From: Bdellovibrionales bacterium
GTDB taxonomy: Bacteria; Bdellovibrionota; Bdellovibrionia; Bdellovibrionales; JAUICD01
DNA length: 64,000 nucleotides
Reading direction: 5' to 3'
Assembly: GCA_965197425.1 (NCBI GenBank)
Contig: CBDANC010000015.1
Span: 32,001 to 96,000, forward strand
The notes beneath the pieces are model-generated. The model saw only the letters and a program-made list of their open reading frames with translations. It did not search any database and was not told the origin of the DNA. Of the stretch, positions 10,686 to 20,884 are shown piece after piece. Position numbers and translations under genes: made by a program. How positions within the stretch are numbered: the first letter of the stretch is position 1; each line of letters begins with the position of its first letter.

Positions 10686-10814
10686 GTTTAAATTCTCATG
10701 TTTAACTTTTATGTTTAACTCTAATATAAAATCTCAACATCAACTCTGCCCCCATGAACTCTTTTTATTAAATATATTCTATCAAAATTTACACTTATTA
10801 AACTTTACATTAAT

Positions 10815-13526
10815 CTACTTGAGTGCGTCTATACACTTGGAGCAAATATTGGGAAATTTGTCTTTTGGATTAACAGTATCACTGTATTTCCAACACCTAG
10901 CACATTTGTTCCCCAAAGCTTTGTATACCATAATATTATATTCTCCCGAATTTAGCTCCACATCTGATACTATGAAAAACTCACTTAGAGAATCTTTGTA
11001 CCTAGAGATAAGTTCATAGGTTTTTTTATCTAAAGTCAAAGAAACTCTTGATTCTAAACTTGATCCTATCTGTTTTGATTCTCTTAAAACTTCCAATTTC
11101 TTTTTAATTTGCTCTCTTATATTGAACATTATTTCATAATCAGAATCTATTTTTGCATTTTCCCAAAGATTTTCAGAATCAGGCTGACTATCTAAAAAGA
11201 CACTTTCTTCTTTTTTATTAGGTAAAAATTCGTAAACTTCTTCCGACAAAAAGCTAAGTATAGGGGCCATAAGTCTAGTAAGATTGTCTATAAGATATAG
11301 CAATACAGTTTGAGTTGATCTTCTTAATTCACCATCCCTTTTGCTAGTATAAAGTCTGTCTTTTATTATATCCAAATATAAAGAAGACAAATCCACACTA
11401 AAAAAATTATTTAACAGATGGTATATCTTAAAAAATTCATAGTTTTCATAATAATTTCTGGAAGTTTTGATTAGCTTGTTAAGTCTGTGCAAGATCCACT
11501 GTTCAAGTGAGTGTAACTTTTCATACTGGACAAGATTATTGTGATCAAACTCGTGGAGATTTCCTAACATAAACCGCATTGTATTTCTGATCCTTCTATA
11601 GGTTTCTTTTAGTCTATCGAAGGATTCAGGGCTGCAATTTATATCTTGTGTATAGTCCTCGTGTGATGCCCAAAGTCTTAGTATTTCTGCACCATCTTTG
11701 CTTATTATATTTTTAGGATCTACAACATTACCTTTGCTTTTACTCATCTTTATGCCTTTGGAAAACATAACAAATCCATGAGTAAGCACTGTTTTAAAGG
11801 GAGCTTTTTTTTGATTAGCAATTGAAGTTAAAAGGCTTGTATGGAACCATCCTCTGTGTTGGTCACTACCTTCTAAATATATATCGGCAGGAAAAGGACG
11901 GTTTTTATATAAAGAATAGGCCCATGCAACACCACTATCAAACCACACATCTAAAATGTCCTTTCCTTTTATAAAGTCTCTAGTATTACAACAAGAAATA
12001 CTTTTGTCCAACAATGTGTCTATGTCATTTGACCAGTATTCTTCTATTCCATCTTCTTTTTCCATCAAGCTTGCTAGTCTTAGCATTGTATTTTTTTCGA
12101 TGTGTTCTTTGCCACACTTAGCACAATAAAACACCGGAATTGGTACGCCCCAAACCCTCTGTCTGCTAACACACCAATCAGGCCTTGCCTCTATCATAGA
12201 ACTTATTCTATTTGCTCCCCATTCAGGAATCCAGGAAACTTTTTGTACTTCTTCTAATGCTAGCTTTCTTACGTTTAAATCTGCATGATCCATTTTTATA
12301 AACCATTGAGGAGTAGCTCTAAAGATTACAGGAGTCTTGCTTCTCCAGCAGTGAGGATAGCTATGTTTTATCTGGTCTGCAAAAACTAGATGTCCTGATT
12401 TTCTAAACCTTTCAATTAAAAGTGGATTGGCTTCAAATACATGCACGCCTTCATAATCTGAAACTTTATTTGTATAATTCCCAAATTCATTTACGGGGCT
12501 GAATATTTCTAAGTTGTACTTTTTCCCTATCTCAAAATCTTCTTGTCCATGCCCAGGAGCTGTATGAACTATCCCAGTACCTGCGTCCAAAGTTACATGC
12601 TCTCCAGATACAATAGGAGATTCTTTTTCTGGATACATTACATGTTTTGTTTTTAAGCCTAAAAGCTTTTCACCTTTAAATGAATCAGATTTTTTCTCTA
12701 AGACTAAGCCAGTTGTATTTTCGAAGTGCTCTTTCAGTCCATCTGCCATTATCACATAGTCACAAGACAGTTTATATATGCTGTAATCAAATTCTTCTTT
12801 TACAGCGTGGGCCCTGTTAGCAGGTATTGTCCAGGGAGTGGTTGTCCAAATCATTATGCTTAGGTTTTTATATTTAAAAGGGCTTTTCGTAATTGGAAAC
12901 TTAACATAAATAGAAGGGCTTTCTCGATCCATGTACTCTATCTCTGCTTCAGCAAGAGATGTTTGTAGAGCGTAACACCAATAAACCGCTTTTTCGCCAC
13001 GATACAAGAGGCCTTTTTCCACTAAATCAGAAAGCACTCTGATTTGTGAAGCCTCATATTCTCTATCCAAAGTGAGATAAGGTTTGTCCCAAGTAGCTAA
13101 AACCCCAAATCTAATAAATTGTTGAGTTTGAATTTTTACCCACTTGTTTGCTTCATCTCTACATAACTTTCTTATCTGGCTGTCAGTTTTTTCTTTTAGG
13201 TTGAATTTTTTGGTAACCACATGCTCAATTGGCAAACCATGGCAATCCCAGCTAGGTAAAAACTCTGCACTATACCCAGTCATGTTTTTGTACTTAATTA
13301 CTATGTCTTTAAGCACCTTATTTAAAACATGCCCCATATGTAACTCACCATTGGCATAAGGTGGACCATCTATTAGAGTAAATGGTTTTTTGTTTTTATT
13401 TACCTGCTTGGCATGTAAACCTATACTGTTCCACTGTTTAATAATTTCAGGTTCCCTTTGAGGAAGATTACCTTTCATAGGAAAGTTGGTTTTAGGCAAA
13501 TTAAGAGTGTGTTTATAATCCTGCAA
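10815..13526 (-). CDS. ileS: Isoleucine--tRNA ligase
   Basis: DGPPYANGELHMGH, WDCHGLP, WTTTPWT, KMSKS, C-terminal CARCW Zn motif; TTG at 13526 follows a GGAG SD. Confidence 0.97.
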   Translation of the reverse strand: MQDYKHTLNLPKTNFPMKGNLPQREPEIIKQWNSIGLHAKQVNKNKKPFTLIDGPPYANGELHMGHVLNKVLKDIVIKYKNMTGYSAEFLPSWDCHGLPIEHVVTKKFNLKEKTDSQIRKLCRDEANKWVKIQTQQFIRFGVLATWDKPYLTLDREYEASQIRVLSDLVEKGLLYRGEKAVYWCYALQTSLAEAEIEYMDRESPSIYVKFPITKSPFKYKNLSIMIWTTTPWTIPANRAHAVKEEFDYSIYKLSCDYVIMADGLKEHFENTTGLVLEKKSDSFKGEKLLGLKTKHVMYPEKESPIVSGEHVTLDAGTGIVHTAPGHGQEDFEIGKKYNLEIFSPVNEFGNYTNKVSDYEGVHVFEANPLLIERFRKSGHLVFADQIKHSYPHCWRSKTPVIFRATPQWFIKMDHADLNVRKLALEEVQKVSWIPEWGANRISSMIEARPDWCVSRQRVWGVPIPVFYCAKCGKEHIEKNTMLRLASLMEKEDGIEEYWSNDIDTLLDKSISCCNTRDFIKGKDILDVWFDSGVAWAYSLYKNRPFPADIYLEGSDQHRGWFHTSLLTSIANQKKAPFKTVLTHGFVMFSKGIKMSKSKGNVVDPKNIISKDGAEILRLWASHEDYTQDINCSPESFDRLKETYRRIRNTMRFMLGNLHEFDHNNLVQYEKLHSLEQWILHRLNKLIKTSRNYYENYEFFKIYHLLNNFFSVDLSSLYLDIIKDRLYTSKRDGELRRSTQTVLLYLIDNLTRLMAPILSFLSEEVYEFLPNKKEESVFLDSQPDSENLWENAKIDSDYEIMFNIREQIKKKLEVLRESKQIGSSLESRVSLTLDKKTYELISRYKDSLSEFFIVSDVELNSGEYNIMVYKALGNKCARCWKYSDTVNPKDKFPNICSKCIDALK

Positions 13527-13834
13527 GGCTAATACTCCCAAAAATAAAACTTGTAGTTTTCAATCCAAGAGAGACTACCAAATTGTACTTAATCTCGCCA
13601 GCACCTAGAAAGCTTGTAAAAAAATCATGTTTACTTTCAAACATAATCGTCACTTTATCACTAAAGGTTTTTAATACTAAATACTTACCAAAAACCCTAG
13701 ATATTAAACCCAAAACTAGACATACTATGTGAGGCATGCGTAGCGTCACATAGGTCTTTATCAAATTTTTACATAGGCAATTTATTTGTTCTTGAAAAGT
13801 ATTATTTTGCAAACTACTCTTCTAGGCTTATTAA

Positions 13835-14116
13835 ATGGAATTACCTGATGTACAAATACAGAGGCTGGCACGAAATATTGTGGATAGCCTTGAGAGGGAC
13901 AATGCGTCTCAGTTTATTTCCAAAAAGGAGGTTGTGATATCTAAAACCTCAGATATTATAAAGGACAATTTTAATGCTGAAAAAAAACTAGATATTGAAG
14001 CAAGGCGACTAGCAGATCAGTTGATTGCGGGCTCAGGTGACTCCTCACTTGATAGACATAAGTTATTTAAAATGACAAAGAAACGGTTGGCTAAGAGAAA
14101 AGGCTTTATACTATGA
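13835..14116 (+). CDS. DUF507 family protein
   Basis: Ends LFKMTKKRLAKRKGFIL, the typical DUF507 C-terminus. Confidence 0.7.
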   Translation: MELPDVQIQRLARNIVDSLERDNASQFISKKEVVISKTSDIIKDNFNAEKKLDIEARRLADQLIAGSGDSSLDRHKLFKMTKKRLAKRKGFIL

Positions 14117-14370
14117 TTTCTCTGGATAGACAGGCTTACTTGGCAAAAGAAATTATAAATGGTTTAGGTGAACATCTAAAAATTGATAATAAAGATAGAG
14201 CGGTGAAAATTGCAAAAAGGACAATTGAACAATTTGTATCCTCTTTGTCTGACATAGATACTGTTGTGAAACAAAAAATTACTTCGATAAAAAGGGGCAT
14301 TATGGAAGGAACAAGTGAATGGAAAGCACTTTATGACAGGTTCTATTTAGAAGAGTTAAATAAGAGATGA
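14113..14370 (+). CDS. DUF507 family protein (second of the pair)
   Basis: IDTVVKQKITSIKRGIMEGTSEWKALYDRFYLEEL motif; ATGA overlaps on both sides. Confidence 0.7.
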   Translation: MISLDRQAYLAKEIINGLGEHLKIDNKDRAVKIAKRTIEQFVSSLSDIDTVVKQKITSIKRGIMEGTSEWKALYDRFYLEELNKR

Positions 14371-15692
14371 GGATTTTTGTTCTATTCTTGTGTCTTTTTT
14401 TTGCTCACCAAAGTTTTGGGTTCGATTTTAGTTTTCACGGAGGCTATAAGTTTGGTGGAACTTATTTAAATCAAGAATCTGATACAGAAGGTGAAGAAAA
14501 CTTCACCAAAACATATCTAATGCACAATCTAATTTTGGCTCCAGAGATAGTTGCATATGACGACATTAATATCTACACAAGACTTGGTATATTTAACTCT
14601 GATTACTCAGAATACTTGGGAGGGAGTTTTTTAGGAGGTAATAAGATAGGAAACTTCCAATATCAAATGCCATCTGGAATATATGCTAGCCTAGCTTATT
14701 TGTCCTGGACAAGGGAGTATGGAAGTCTGCTATTAGGTAGAATTCCTTTGAATTTTGGGTTGGGCTTAAATCTATCGGATAAAGGGGAACATTATTTAGA
14801 TAACCTAGATGGGATGGCAATAAAAGCAATACTAGGAAACTTTACTCTTATGCCAGCTTATGGAGTCTCCAAATCAGAAGGAACCACCATAGAAGCAAGT
14901 GAATTTATTGTAAACTTGCTATATGAAATTCCAGAAATTACTCTAGGGGCTGTTTATCATAGAAAAATTGGGCACTCTGAAGGAACAGAGTCAGACGGTC
15001 TCTACAGCACTGATACATCAGAATCTATAGGAAGCGTAGGCATAACATCCATGGGTGCATATGTTGAAAAATCTTATAAAAAACTCAAACTTAGATCAGA
15101 GCTAACTATTCAATCAGGTGGCACAGGTATTACGCCATCAGATAGTACCGAAGGAGAGCTTACATTGGATGCATTTGGATTAGCTGCAGTACTAAGTGCA
15201 GATGATGTTGTCTTAAACAACAAAATGGGATTTGGCCTTCACACAGGTTACATCTCCGGAGATGATCCAGAAACTCAAAATGTATACGAAGGATTTTTAG
15301 CAGATCGAGATTATGAAGTTGGTTTAATTTTGTTCAACCATGTTCTAACAGAGGACTTTTTAGGTACCAAAAGATTTTTTGACAAAGATAATTTAGATGT
15401 AACTAGTGTACCTGATGTTGAGTTTTTAACAAACTCTTTCTATATGTCAGGAGAGGTAAACTATTCTCTTACAGAAAAAATAAATCTAAAAACAAATATT
15501 CTGTTGGCAAAGATACTAAATATAAATCTCAATGAAGATATTAGCCAATATGGCGTGGAACTTGATTTTAGGGCTGATTATAAAATAAATGACATTACAA
15601 ATATCTCATTAGATCTGGGTTACTTATTCCCGGGGGGAGTAGTACCCTTCGGTGCAATGGCTGCACAAGCTAATTTACATTTTTTATTTTGA
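14367..15692 (+). CDS. Putative outer-membrane beta-barrel protein
   Basis: Signal peptide, alternating amphipathic strands, GVELD..GYLFPG, C-terminal Phe. Confidence 0.7.
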   Translation: MRIFVLFLCLFFAHQSFGFDFSFHGGYKFGGTYLNQESDTEGEENFTKTYLMHNLILAPEIVAYDDINIYTRLGIFNSDYSEYLGGSFLGGNKIGNFQYQMPSGIYASLAYLSWTREYGSLLLGRIPLNFGLGLNLSDKGEHYLDNLDGMAIKAILGNFTLMPAYGVSKSEGTTIEASEFIVNLLYEIPEITLGAVYHRKIGHSEGTESDGLYSTDTSESIGSVGITSMGAYVEKSYKKLKLRSELTIQSGGTGITPSDSTEGELTLDAFGLAAVLSADDVVLNNKMGFGLHTGYISGDDPETQNVYEGFLADRDYEVGLILFNHVLTEDFLGTKRFFDKDNLDVTSVPDVEFLTNSFYMSGEVNYSLTEKINLKTNILLAKILNINLNEDISQYGVELDFRADYKINDITNISLDLGYLFPGGVVPFGAMAAQANLHFLF

Positions 15693-18215
15693 TTATAGAA
15701 TTTTTAAGACAGTCTGAACAATATTATCAGAATTCAACCCGTGATAAGTATATATATCACTTGGGTTGCCACATTTAGAGTGAACTCTTGTAGCAAGTGT
15801 TTCTGATTTTGCACCTAATATAGAACCAGCATTATCTAAAAGGCCAGGCTCTCCATCATGGATTGTAACTATAGGAGCATTTTGTGCTATAAGACTTTTA
15901 AAGTGCAAAAATTCATTTTTGTATGCTAAATTACCTAGTAGTAGATCAGGGCTTGTAACCACCAATAAGTTTGCATAAATTCCAAACTTTAATAATTTGT
16001 CAGACGCTTCTATTGCTTCCGTTGTAAGAGAGCCCATAGACACTAGATTTATTACATTATCTCCTACTTCATATGCATGATAGTTGGAATAGTTTATCAA
16101 ACTATATCCTCCTGCAAGCACATCAAATTTTACTGTATTTAAAATTTCATTGTCATTTATATTAGAAACTGTTTGTTCATAAGCAAATGTTGTATTCTCT
16201 TCCGCACTCAAAATGTTCTTGTCTGTTTTAAACCTGCTTTGTTTTTTTAAATATTTTAATAAGTCTTTTTGCTGAACACCTCTTGTAGTTGCCCTTATTA
16301 AAACTCCTGTCCTGTCTTTGTTATTTCCAAAGTGTCTTTTTAAAGCATCTACAAAAATCCAATCCATTTCCTGGCAGAAAAAAGGTTCCCATGTAATTTG
16401 ATTGGGAATTTGAAAATCTGATTTCCAACCATGCTGAGCTCCTTCAGGAGATAAAGTAATTCCAGAAGGAGTACCTATTAAAATAAAATTAGAATCCCAA
16501 TATAAATTGTAAAAGTACTGGTCATGAGCTCTTTTTATAAAAAAATCATATATAGACATGATGGGTATTATAGGGGCTCCCAACAATTCTTTTATTTTAC
16601 CAAAAGATCCAACACAGCTCATTGTGTTTGCTTCTGTTATATCAAACCTAAAAAACCTATTTGTATTATCTTTATCAGGAGCAAGGTGCGGTGATTTTGG
16701 ATCCCTAACATTCAGATCGCTTTCTAAATCATGAACTTTAGTACCATATACTTTTCCATCCATAGTAGGATTTAAGTTTGTAGAAGTTCCAACATCAGGA
16801 GACATTATAGCTAAGAGCTTAGCTATAGGCTTAAACATCTTTTCGTTTTTTTCTTTAACCTCAGTGTTAGCTATTCTGGTAAGTTTAGCTATTAGTTGCC
16901 CTAGCATCCACTGTGTGTGCGGAAAAATAGCAAATTTTAAATTTATATCTAAACTGTCAGGAATATCTGTAATGTTAATCTTGTTGTTTTGCTTTATCTT
17001 TGACACCTGCTTAAAGTCATCCAATAGTTCAGTGTGTCTTTTTTGTAAAAACTTATGCACATCTGTACCAGGTTTAAAAGTTTCAAAAGTATCTTGTACA
17101 TTTTCTATGTTTTTTAAATAGGAAACCTCTTCTTTGGTTGGCAATGTATTATGATTAGAGCATTCGGCTTTTGATTTAAGACCCCAACCTTTAACAGTGT
17201 GTGCAATTATTATTGTGGGTCTATCTGATGTTTTGCTTTGATTTAAACATTTGAGTATCTCTAAAAAGTCATGGCCTCCAAAATCATTCAAACCACCTGC
17301 TAAATCTTCATCACTTATATTATCTAAAAATAATTTTAGGTTTGTGTTTTGTTCTAAAATTTTTTCTCTTACATCAGATATGTTGGAAGACAAAATAAGT
17401 GCTTGTAGTTCAAAATCTGATAAATCTTTTTCTAGTAAATTTTTAAAAAACTCTCCGCCAGGTTTTGTAAATAATTTTTGTCTTAAACTACCATGTTGTA
17501 GTTCAATGCAATTCCAACCGTTAACCTTAGCTGTATGATATATTCTTTCGCAGTCATTTCCATAAACATTTTGGTCTATTACTCTATGGCCATCTAAACT
17601 CTGTCTGTTATAATCTATGATCCAGGTTACATTATTTAAATTTCTTTCAGCAAAATCAGGCATGGCTTCCATAAGTGATCCTTCCCTAAACTCAGAATCT
17701 CCAATCAAAGCCCAAAAGTGTGCCTTATCAGGTATAGTAAAACCTTGTGCTTGCGCAAATTTGTAAGCCAAGGCTAAATAACCTAAATTGACAGGAGGAA
17801 TACCAACAGTGCCCGAAGGAAGAAATCCCATATGATCAGGATCGTATTTAGAATGATAGGATTGAAATACGTACTCATCATTAGAAAAAGCTCTTAAGTT
17901 ATGCATGGCTTTTACTGCTTGATCTTTGCTAATAGGATTTAGGTTTTTATCTAATAATAAGTTTAGCAAATAATTATAAGAATGGTCACAAGGAGCAGCA
18001 TGGGGCTTTACAGCCATATAGTCAAACCCTGATTTAACAACTAAATGTAATGCTCCTAACAAATGTAGTGAGCTGGCGCAAGCAGCAGGGTGACCACCAA
18101 TTTTAGGATCCCCTTTTTGTTTGTCACTTCTATTGTTTGCTAGATAAATCATCTGTACAGTGAAGTACAAAGCTCTCTTTGCTACAGAGTTTAGTAGGTT
18201 GATATTATGATCCAT
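15693..18215 (-). CDS. AceE-like pyruvate dehydrogenase E1 / transketolase-family TPP enzyme
   Basis: KIGGHPAACAS, KPHAAP, TPP motif GDSEFREG...YNRQSLD, TVKGWG, GTPSGITLSPEGAQH. Confidence 0.85.
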   Translation of the reverse strand: MDHNINLLNSVAKRALYFTVQMIYLANNRSDKQKGDPKIGGHPAACASSLHLLGALHLVVKSGFDYMAVKPHAAPCDHSYNYLLNLLLDKNLNPISKDQAVKAMHNLRAFSNDEYVFQSYHSKYDPDHMGFLPSGTVGIPPVNLGYLALAYKFAQAQGFTIPDKAHFWALIGDSEFREGSLMEAMPDFAERNLNNVTWIIDYNRQSLDGHRVIDQNVYGNDCERIYHTAKVNGWNCIELQHGSLRQKLFTKPGGEFFKNLLEKDLSDFELQALILSSNISDVREKILEQNTNLKLFLDNISDEDLAGGLNDFGGHDFLEILKCLNQSKTSDRPTIIIAHTVKGWGLKSKAECSNHNTLPTKEEVSYLKNIENVQDTFETFKPGTDVHKFLQKRHTELLDDFKQVSKIKQNNKINITDIPDSLDINLKFAIFPHTQWMLGQLIAKLTRIANTEVKEKNEKMFKPIAKLLAIMSPDVGTSTNLNPTMDGKVYGTKVHDLESDLNVRDPKSPHLAPDKDNTNRFFRFDITEANTMSCVGSFGKIKELLGAPIIPIMSIYDFFIKRAHDQYFYNLYWDSNFILIGTPSGITLSPEGAQHGWKSDFQIPNQITWEPFFCQEMDWIFVDALKRHFGNNKDRTGVLIRATTRGVQQKDLLKYLKKQSRFKTDKNILSAEENTTFAYEQTVSNINDNEILNTVKFDVLAGGYSLINYSNYHAYEVGDNVINLVSMGSLTTEAIEASDKLLKFGIYANLLVVTSPDLLLGNLAYKNEFLHFKSLIAQNAPIVTIHDGEPGLLDNAGSILGAKSETLATRVHSKCGNPSDIYTYHGLNSDNIVQTVLKIL

Positions 18216-18289
18216 ATGAAACCTTATTAGAGAGTAAATGATACAGTAAGTAGGTCAATGTTTCAAGCATAAGATAGTAGTGCTGGGGT

Positions 18290-19867
18290 CTACTTGTTTT
18301 TCGAGATAGCAGCTTTAATTAAACCATCAAACAAAGGGTGTGGGAGGAAGGGTTTTGACTTAAACTCTGGGTGAAACTGAACTCCAATAAACCAGGGATG
18401 GTCTTTTATTTCAATCATTTCAATTAAATTTTTTTCTTTGTTTATCCCAGACAAAATCAATCCATGTTTTTTTAAAACAGATGCATATTTATTGTTTACT
18501 TCATATCTGTGCCTATGCCGCTCTTTAATCTTTGTTTTCTTATAGAGTCTTTTGGCCAAAGTATTGTTAGATAAATGGCAAGTATATGATCCCAATCTCA
18601 TTGTTCCACCCTTATTTATTTTTTTCTTTTGATCTTTCATAGTATGAATAATATGAGTACCAGTTTTTGAAAACTCACTACTAGTTGCCGTTTTAATGCC
18701 ACATATGTTTTTTGCATATTCAATTATACAAAGTTGCATTCCAAGACAAATGCCTAGGAATGGAATTTTATTTTCCCTAGCATATTTAGCTGCTGCAATT
18801 TTTCCTTTAATACCTCTGTTACCAAAACCTCCTGGAATTATAACGGCGTCTATATTTTTTAAACTATTTTCTTTAAATTTCTCTGAGTCTATGTATCTAA
18901 TTTCAATTCTTACCCTATTTTTTATACCACTGTGAATTATTGCTTCATGTAGAGATTTGTAACTTTCCTTTAAATCCACATACTTACCTATAAATGCTAT
19001 TTTTACTTTTTGTGTTGCTTTTTTCAGATCTAGTATTACGTTGTTCCATTTAGATATGTTGGGCTTTTTACTTTTCAGCTTCAGTTTTTTAACTATGTTT
19101 GTGTCTAGTGATTCTTTATGCATAAAAATAGGAAGAGTATAGATAGATTCTACATCTGGTGATGAAACAATTTTGTCTATATCCACACTGCATTGGAGAG
19201 ATATTTTTTCCTTAGCACTAGAAGTAATTATATCTTTGCTTCTACAAACCAAAAAATCTGGTTGCAATCCAAGGCTTCTCAACTCTCTTACAGAGTGTTG
19301 AGTGGGTTTTGTTTTGATCTCACCCGCAACATCAATTTTTGGGAGCAAGGTAACATGAACGATAACAGAATTTCCTGCACCTACACTACTTCTGACCTGC
19401 CGTATGGTCTCTAAAAATGGCAACCCCTCAATATCTCCTACGGTTCCTCCTATCTCTACCAAGGTAACTTCTTTGTTTTTTGACACTTTAAAAATACGTC
19501 TCTTTATTTCGTCTGTTATGTGCGGGATGACTTGTACAGTGCCTCCCAAATATTTGCCTTGTCTTTCATTTTGTATAACTGTCTCATATATCTGCCCGGT
19601 GCTAACAGAGTTTTGATAAGACATAGTACAATTTGTAAATCTCTCGTAATGCCCTAAATCCAGATCTGTTTCTGCACCATCCTCAGTAACATATACTTCA
19701 CCATGTTGAAATGGATTCATCGTTCCAGGGTCTACATTTATGTAAGGGTCAAATTTTATTATAGAGATTTTATGACCTCTTTCCTCAAGAAGTGATGCAA
19801 TTGATGCCGTCGTAAGACCTTTCCCTACAGACGATGCCACGCCCCCTGTTATAAAAATATATTTCAA
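18290..19867 (-). CDS. pyrG: CTP synthase
   Basis: KYIFITGGVASSVGKG, GICLGMQ, QFHPEF. Likely start is the TTG at 19867 after AGGAG; the upstream extension to 19927 runs into a repeat. Confidence 0.97.
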   Translation of the reverse strand: MKYIFITGGVASSVGKGLTTASIASLLEERGHKISIIKFDPYINVDPGTMNPFQHGEVYVTEDGAETDLDLGHYERFTNCTMSYQNSVSTGQIYETVIQNERQGKYLGGTVQVIPHITDEIKRRIFKVSKNKEVTLVEIGGTVGDIEGLPFLETIRQVRSSVGAGNSVIVHVTLLPKIDVAGEIKTKPTQHSVRELRSLGLQPDFLVCRSKDIITSSAKEKISLQCSVDIDKIVSSPDVESIYTLPIFMHKESLDTNIVKKLKLKSKKPNISKWNNVILDLKKATQKVKIAFIGKYVDLKESYKSLHEAIIHSGIKNRVRIEIRYIDSEKFKENSLKNIDAVIIPGGFGNRGIKGKIAAAKYARENKIPFLGICLGMQLCIIEYAKNICGIKTATSSEFSKTGTHIIHTMKDQKKKINKGGTMRLGSYTCHLSNNTLAKRLYKKTKIKERHRHRYEVNNKYASVLKKHGLILSGINKEKNLIEMIEIKDHPWFIGVQFHPEFKSKPFLPHPLFDGLIKAAISKNK

Positions 19868-19890
19868 ATTCTCACTCCTATTAGTCTTTG

Positions 19891-20199
19891 GTCTCATTAA
19901 ACTTACTTTTAGCAAATGGATCGGCATCGTGTCCAGAGCTGGGCAACCATTCAGCTAAAAAAGTTTCTTTGCTCAGCGACGTGCTTTGCACACCGCTACG
20001 CCAATCAACTTTTATTAGCCTAATTAGGAAGACCTTTGGCAAATGGATCGGCATCGTGTCCAGAGCTGGGCAACCTCTCAGTAAAAAAACCGACCTTGGG
20101 GAGGTTGTTTCAATTGGAAAACATAAAGATTTATCTCGTGAGCCAATTGAACCAAAGAAGGCAAAGCCTCCTTATTTTTTACCTCGTTAACCTCACCTT
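19891..20199 (+). repeat. Modular hairpin element, two head-to-tail units
   Basis: GCAAATGGATCGGCATCGTGTCCAGAGCTGGGCAACC occurs twice, followed by the TTCAATTGG...CCAATTGAACC module; ends CCTCGTTAACCTCACCTT, overlapping the engB stop. Confidence 0.9.
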
Positions 20200-20724
20200 T
20201 AGCTTTTTTTTTACTTCTAAAATACCCTTTTTGGTTTTTGAAGAACACACAAAAACATTATTAATTCCAGACACACTCTTTATTTTATCCATTTTTTTAT
20301 TTGTATCTTTTAATTTATCAGCTTTACTTAGTATTATATAAATGGGAATCGACTTGTTTTTAGCTAATTTTATCAACATAATTTCATCTTTTGTTAAATC
20401 TCTTCGTATATCCATCAAAAGAAGCATTAGCCTTAGCTCAGATCTTGTTTGTAGATAATTTTCTACCATATTCTTCCATTTATTTATCTCATCAAAACTT
20501 CTTTTGGCATAACCATATCCTGGCATATCTACTAAAATATAATCTTTCATATCAAAAAAGTTTAAAAGATTTGTTTTGCCAGGTATTTTAGACACTCTGG
20601 CAACTTTGGCACCCGATAATGAATTTAAAAAGGAAGACTTGCCAGCGTTAGAACGACCTACCAGGGCAACTTCAGGCATTGAATGTACAGGATAGTCATA
20701 GTCACAACTTTTTATAAACATCAA
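20179..20724 (-). CDS. engB: Ribosome biogenesis GTPase YihA/YsxC
   Basis: GRSNAGKSS, PGKT, DMPGYGYA, SKADK. Confidence 0.95.
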   Translation of the reverse strand: MMFIKSCDYDYPVHSMPEVALVGRSNAGKSSFLNSLSGAKVARVSKIPGKTNLLNFFDMKDYILVDMPGYGYAKRSFDEINKWKNMVENYLQTRSELRLMLLLMDIRRDLTKDEIMLIKLAKNKSIPIYIILSKADKLKDTNKKMDKIKSVSGINNVFVCSSKTKKGILEVKKKLKVRLTR

Positions 20725-20726
20725 AG

Positions 20727-20855
20727 AGTCTCATTCCTGAGACTTAAAATCTCAAAAACGGTACTCAAGCTAAGGTTAAGTTTTCAAGCTGTCAATAAAT
20801 TTATAAGTGTTTATAGGTAGTAATAATTTTTAATATGTGTGGCATAATTTTTGAT
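20727..20855 (+). promoter_or_regulatory. Candidate sigma54 promoter with upstream palindrome
   Basis: TGGCATAATTTTTGAT at 20840-20855 (GG-N10-GA, imperfect -12) and AGTCTCA-ttcc-TGAGACT at 20727-20744. Confidence 0.45.
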
Positions 20856-20884
20856 TACCTTATTTGAGCTGAGGAGGATTTCTT

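Noticed and set aside
13513..13812. 99-aa ORF or T-box leader upstream of ileS
   Set aside because: No recognisable protein features and no GGTGG.ACC T-box motif; only a small CTATGTGA/TCACATAG hairpin
19888..20341. ORFs 19888-20190 and 20036-20341, and similar ORFs at 31363, 38069, 38373, 47103 and 58961
   Set aside because: They are translations of the dispersed repeat in different frames, with no consistent frame or RBS between copies
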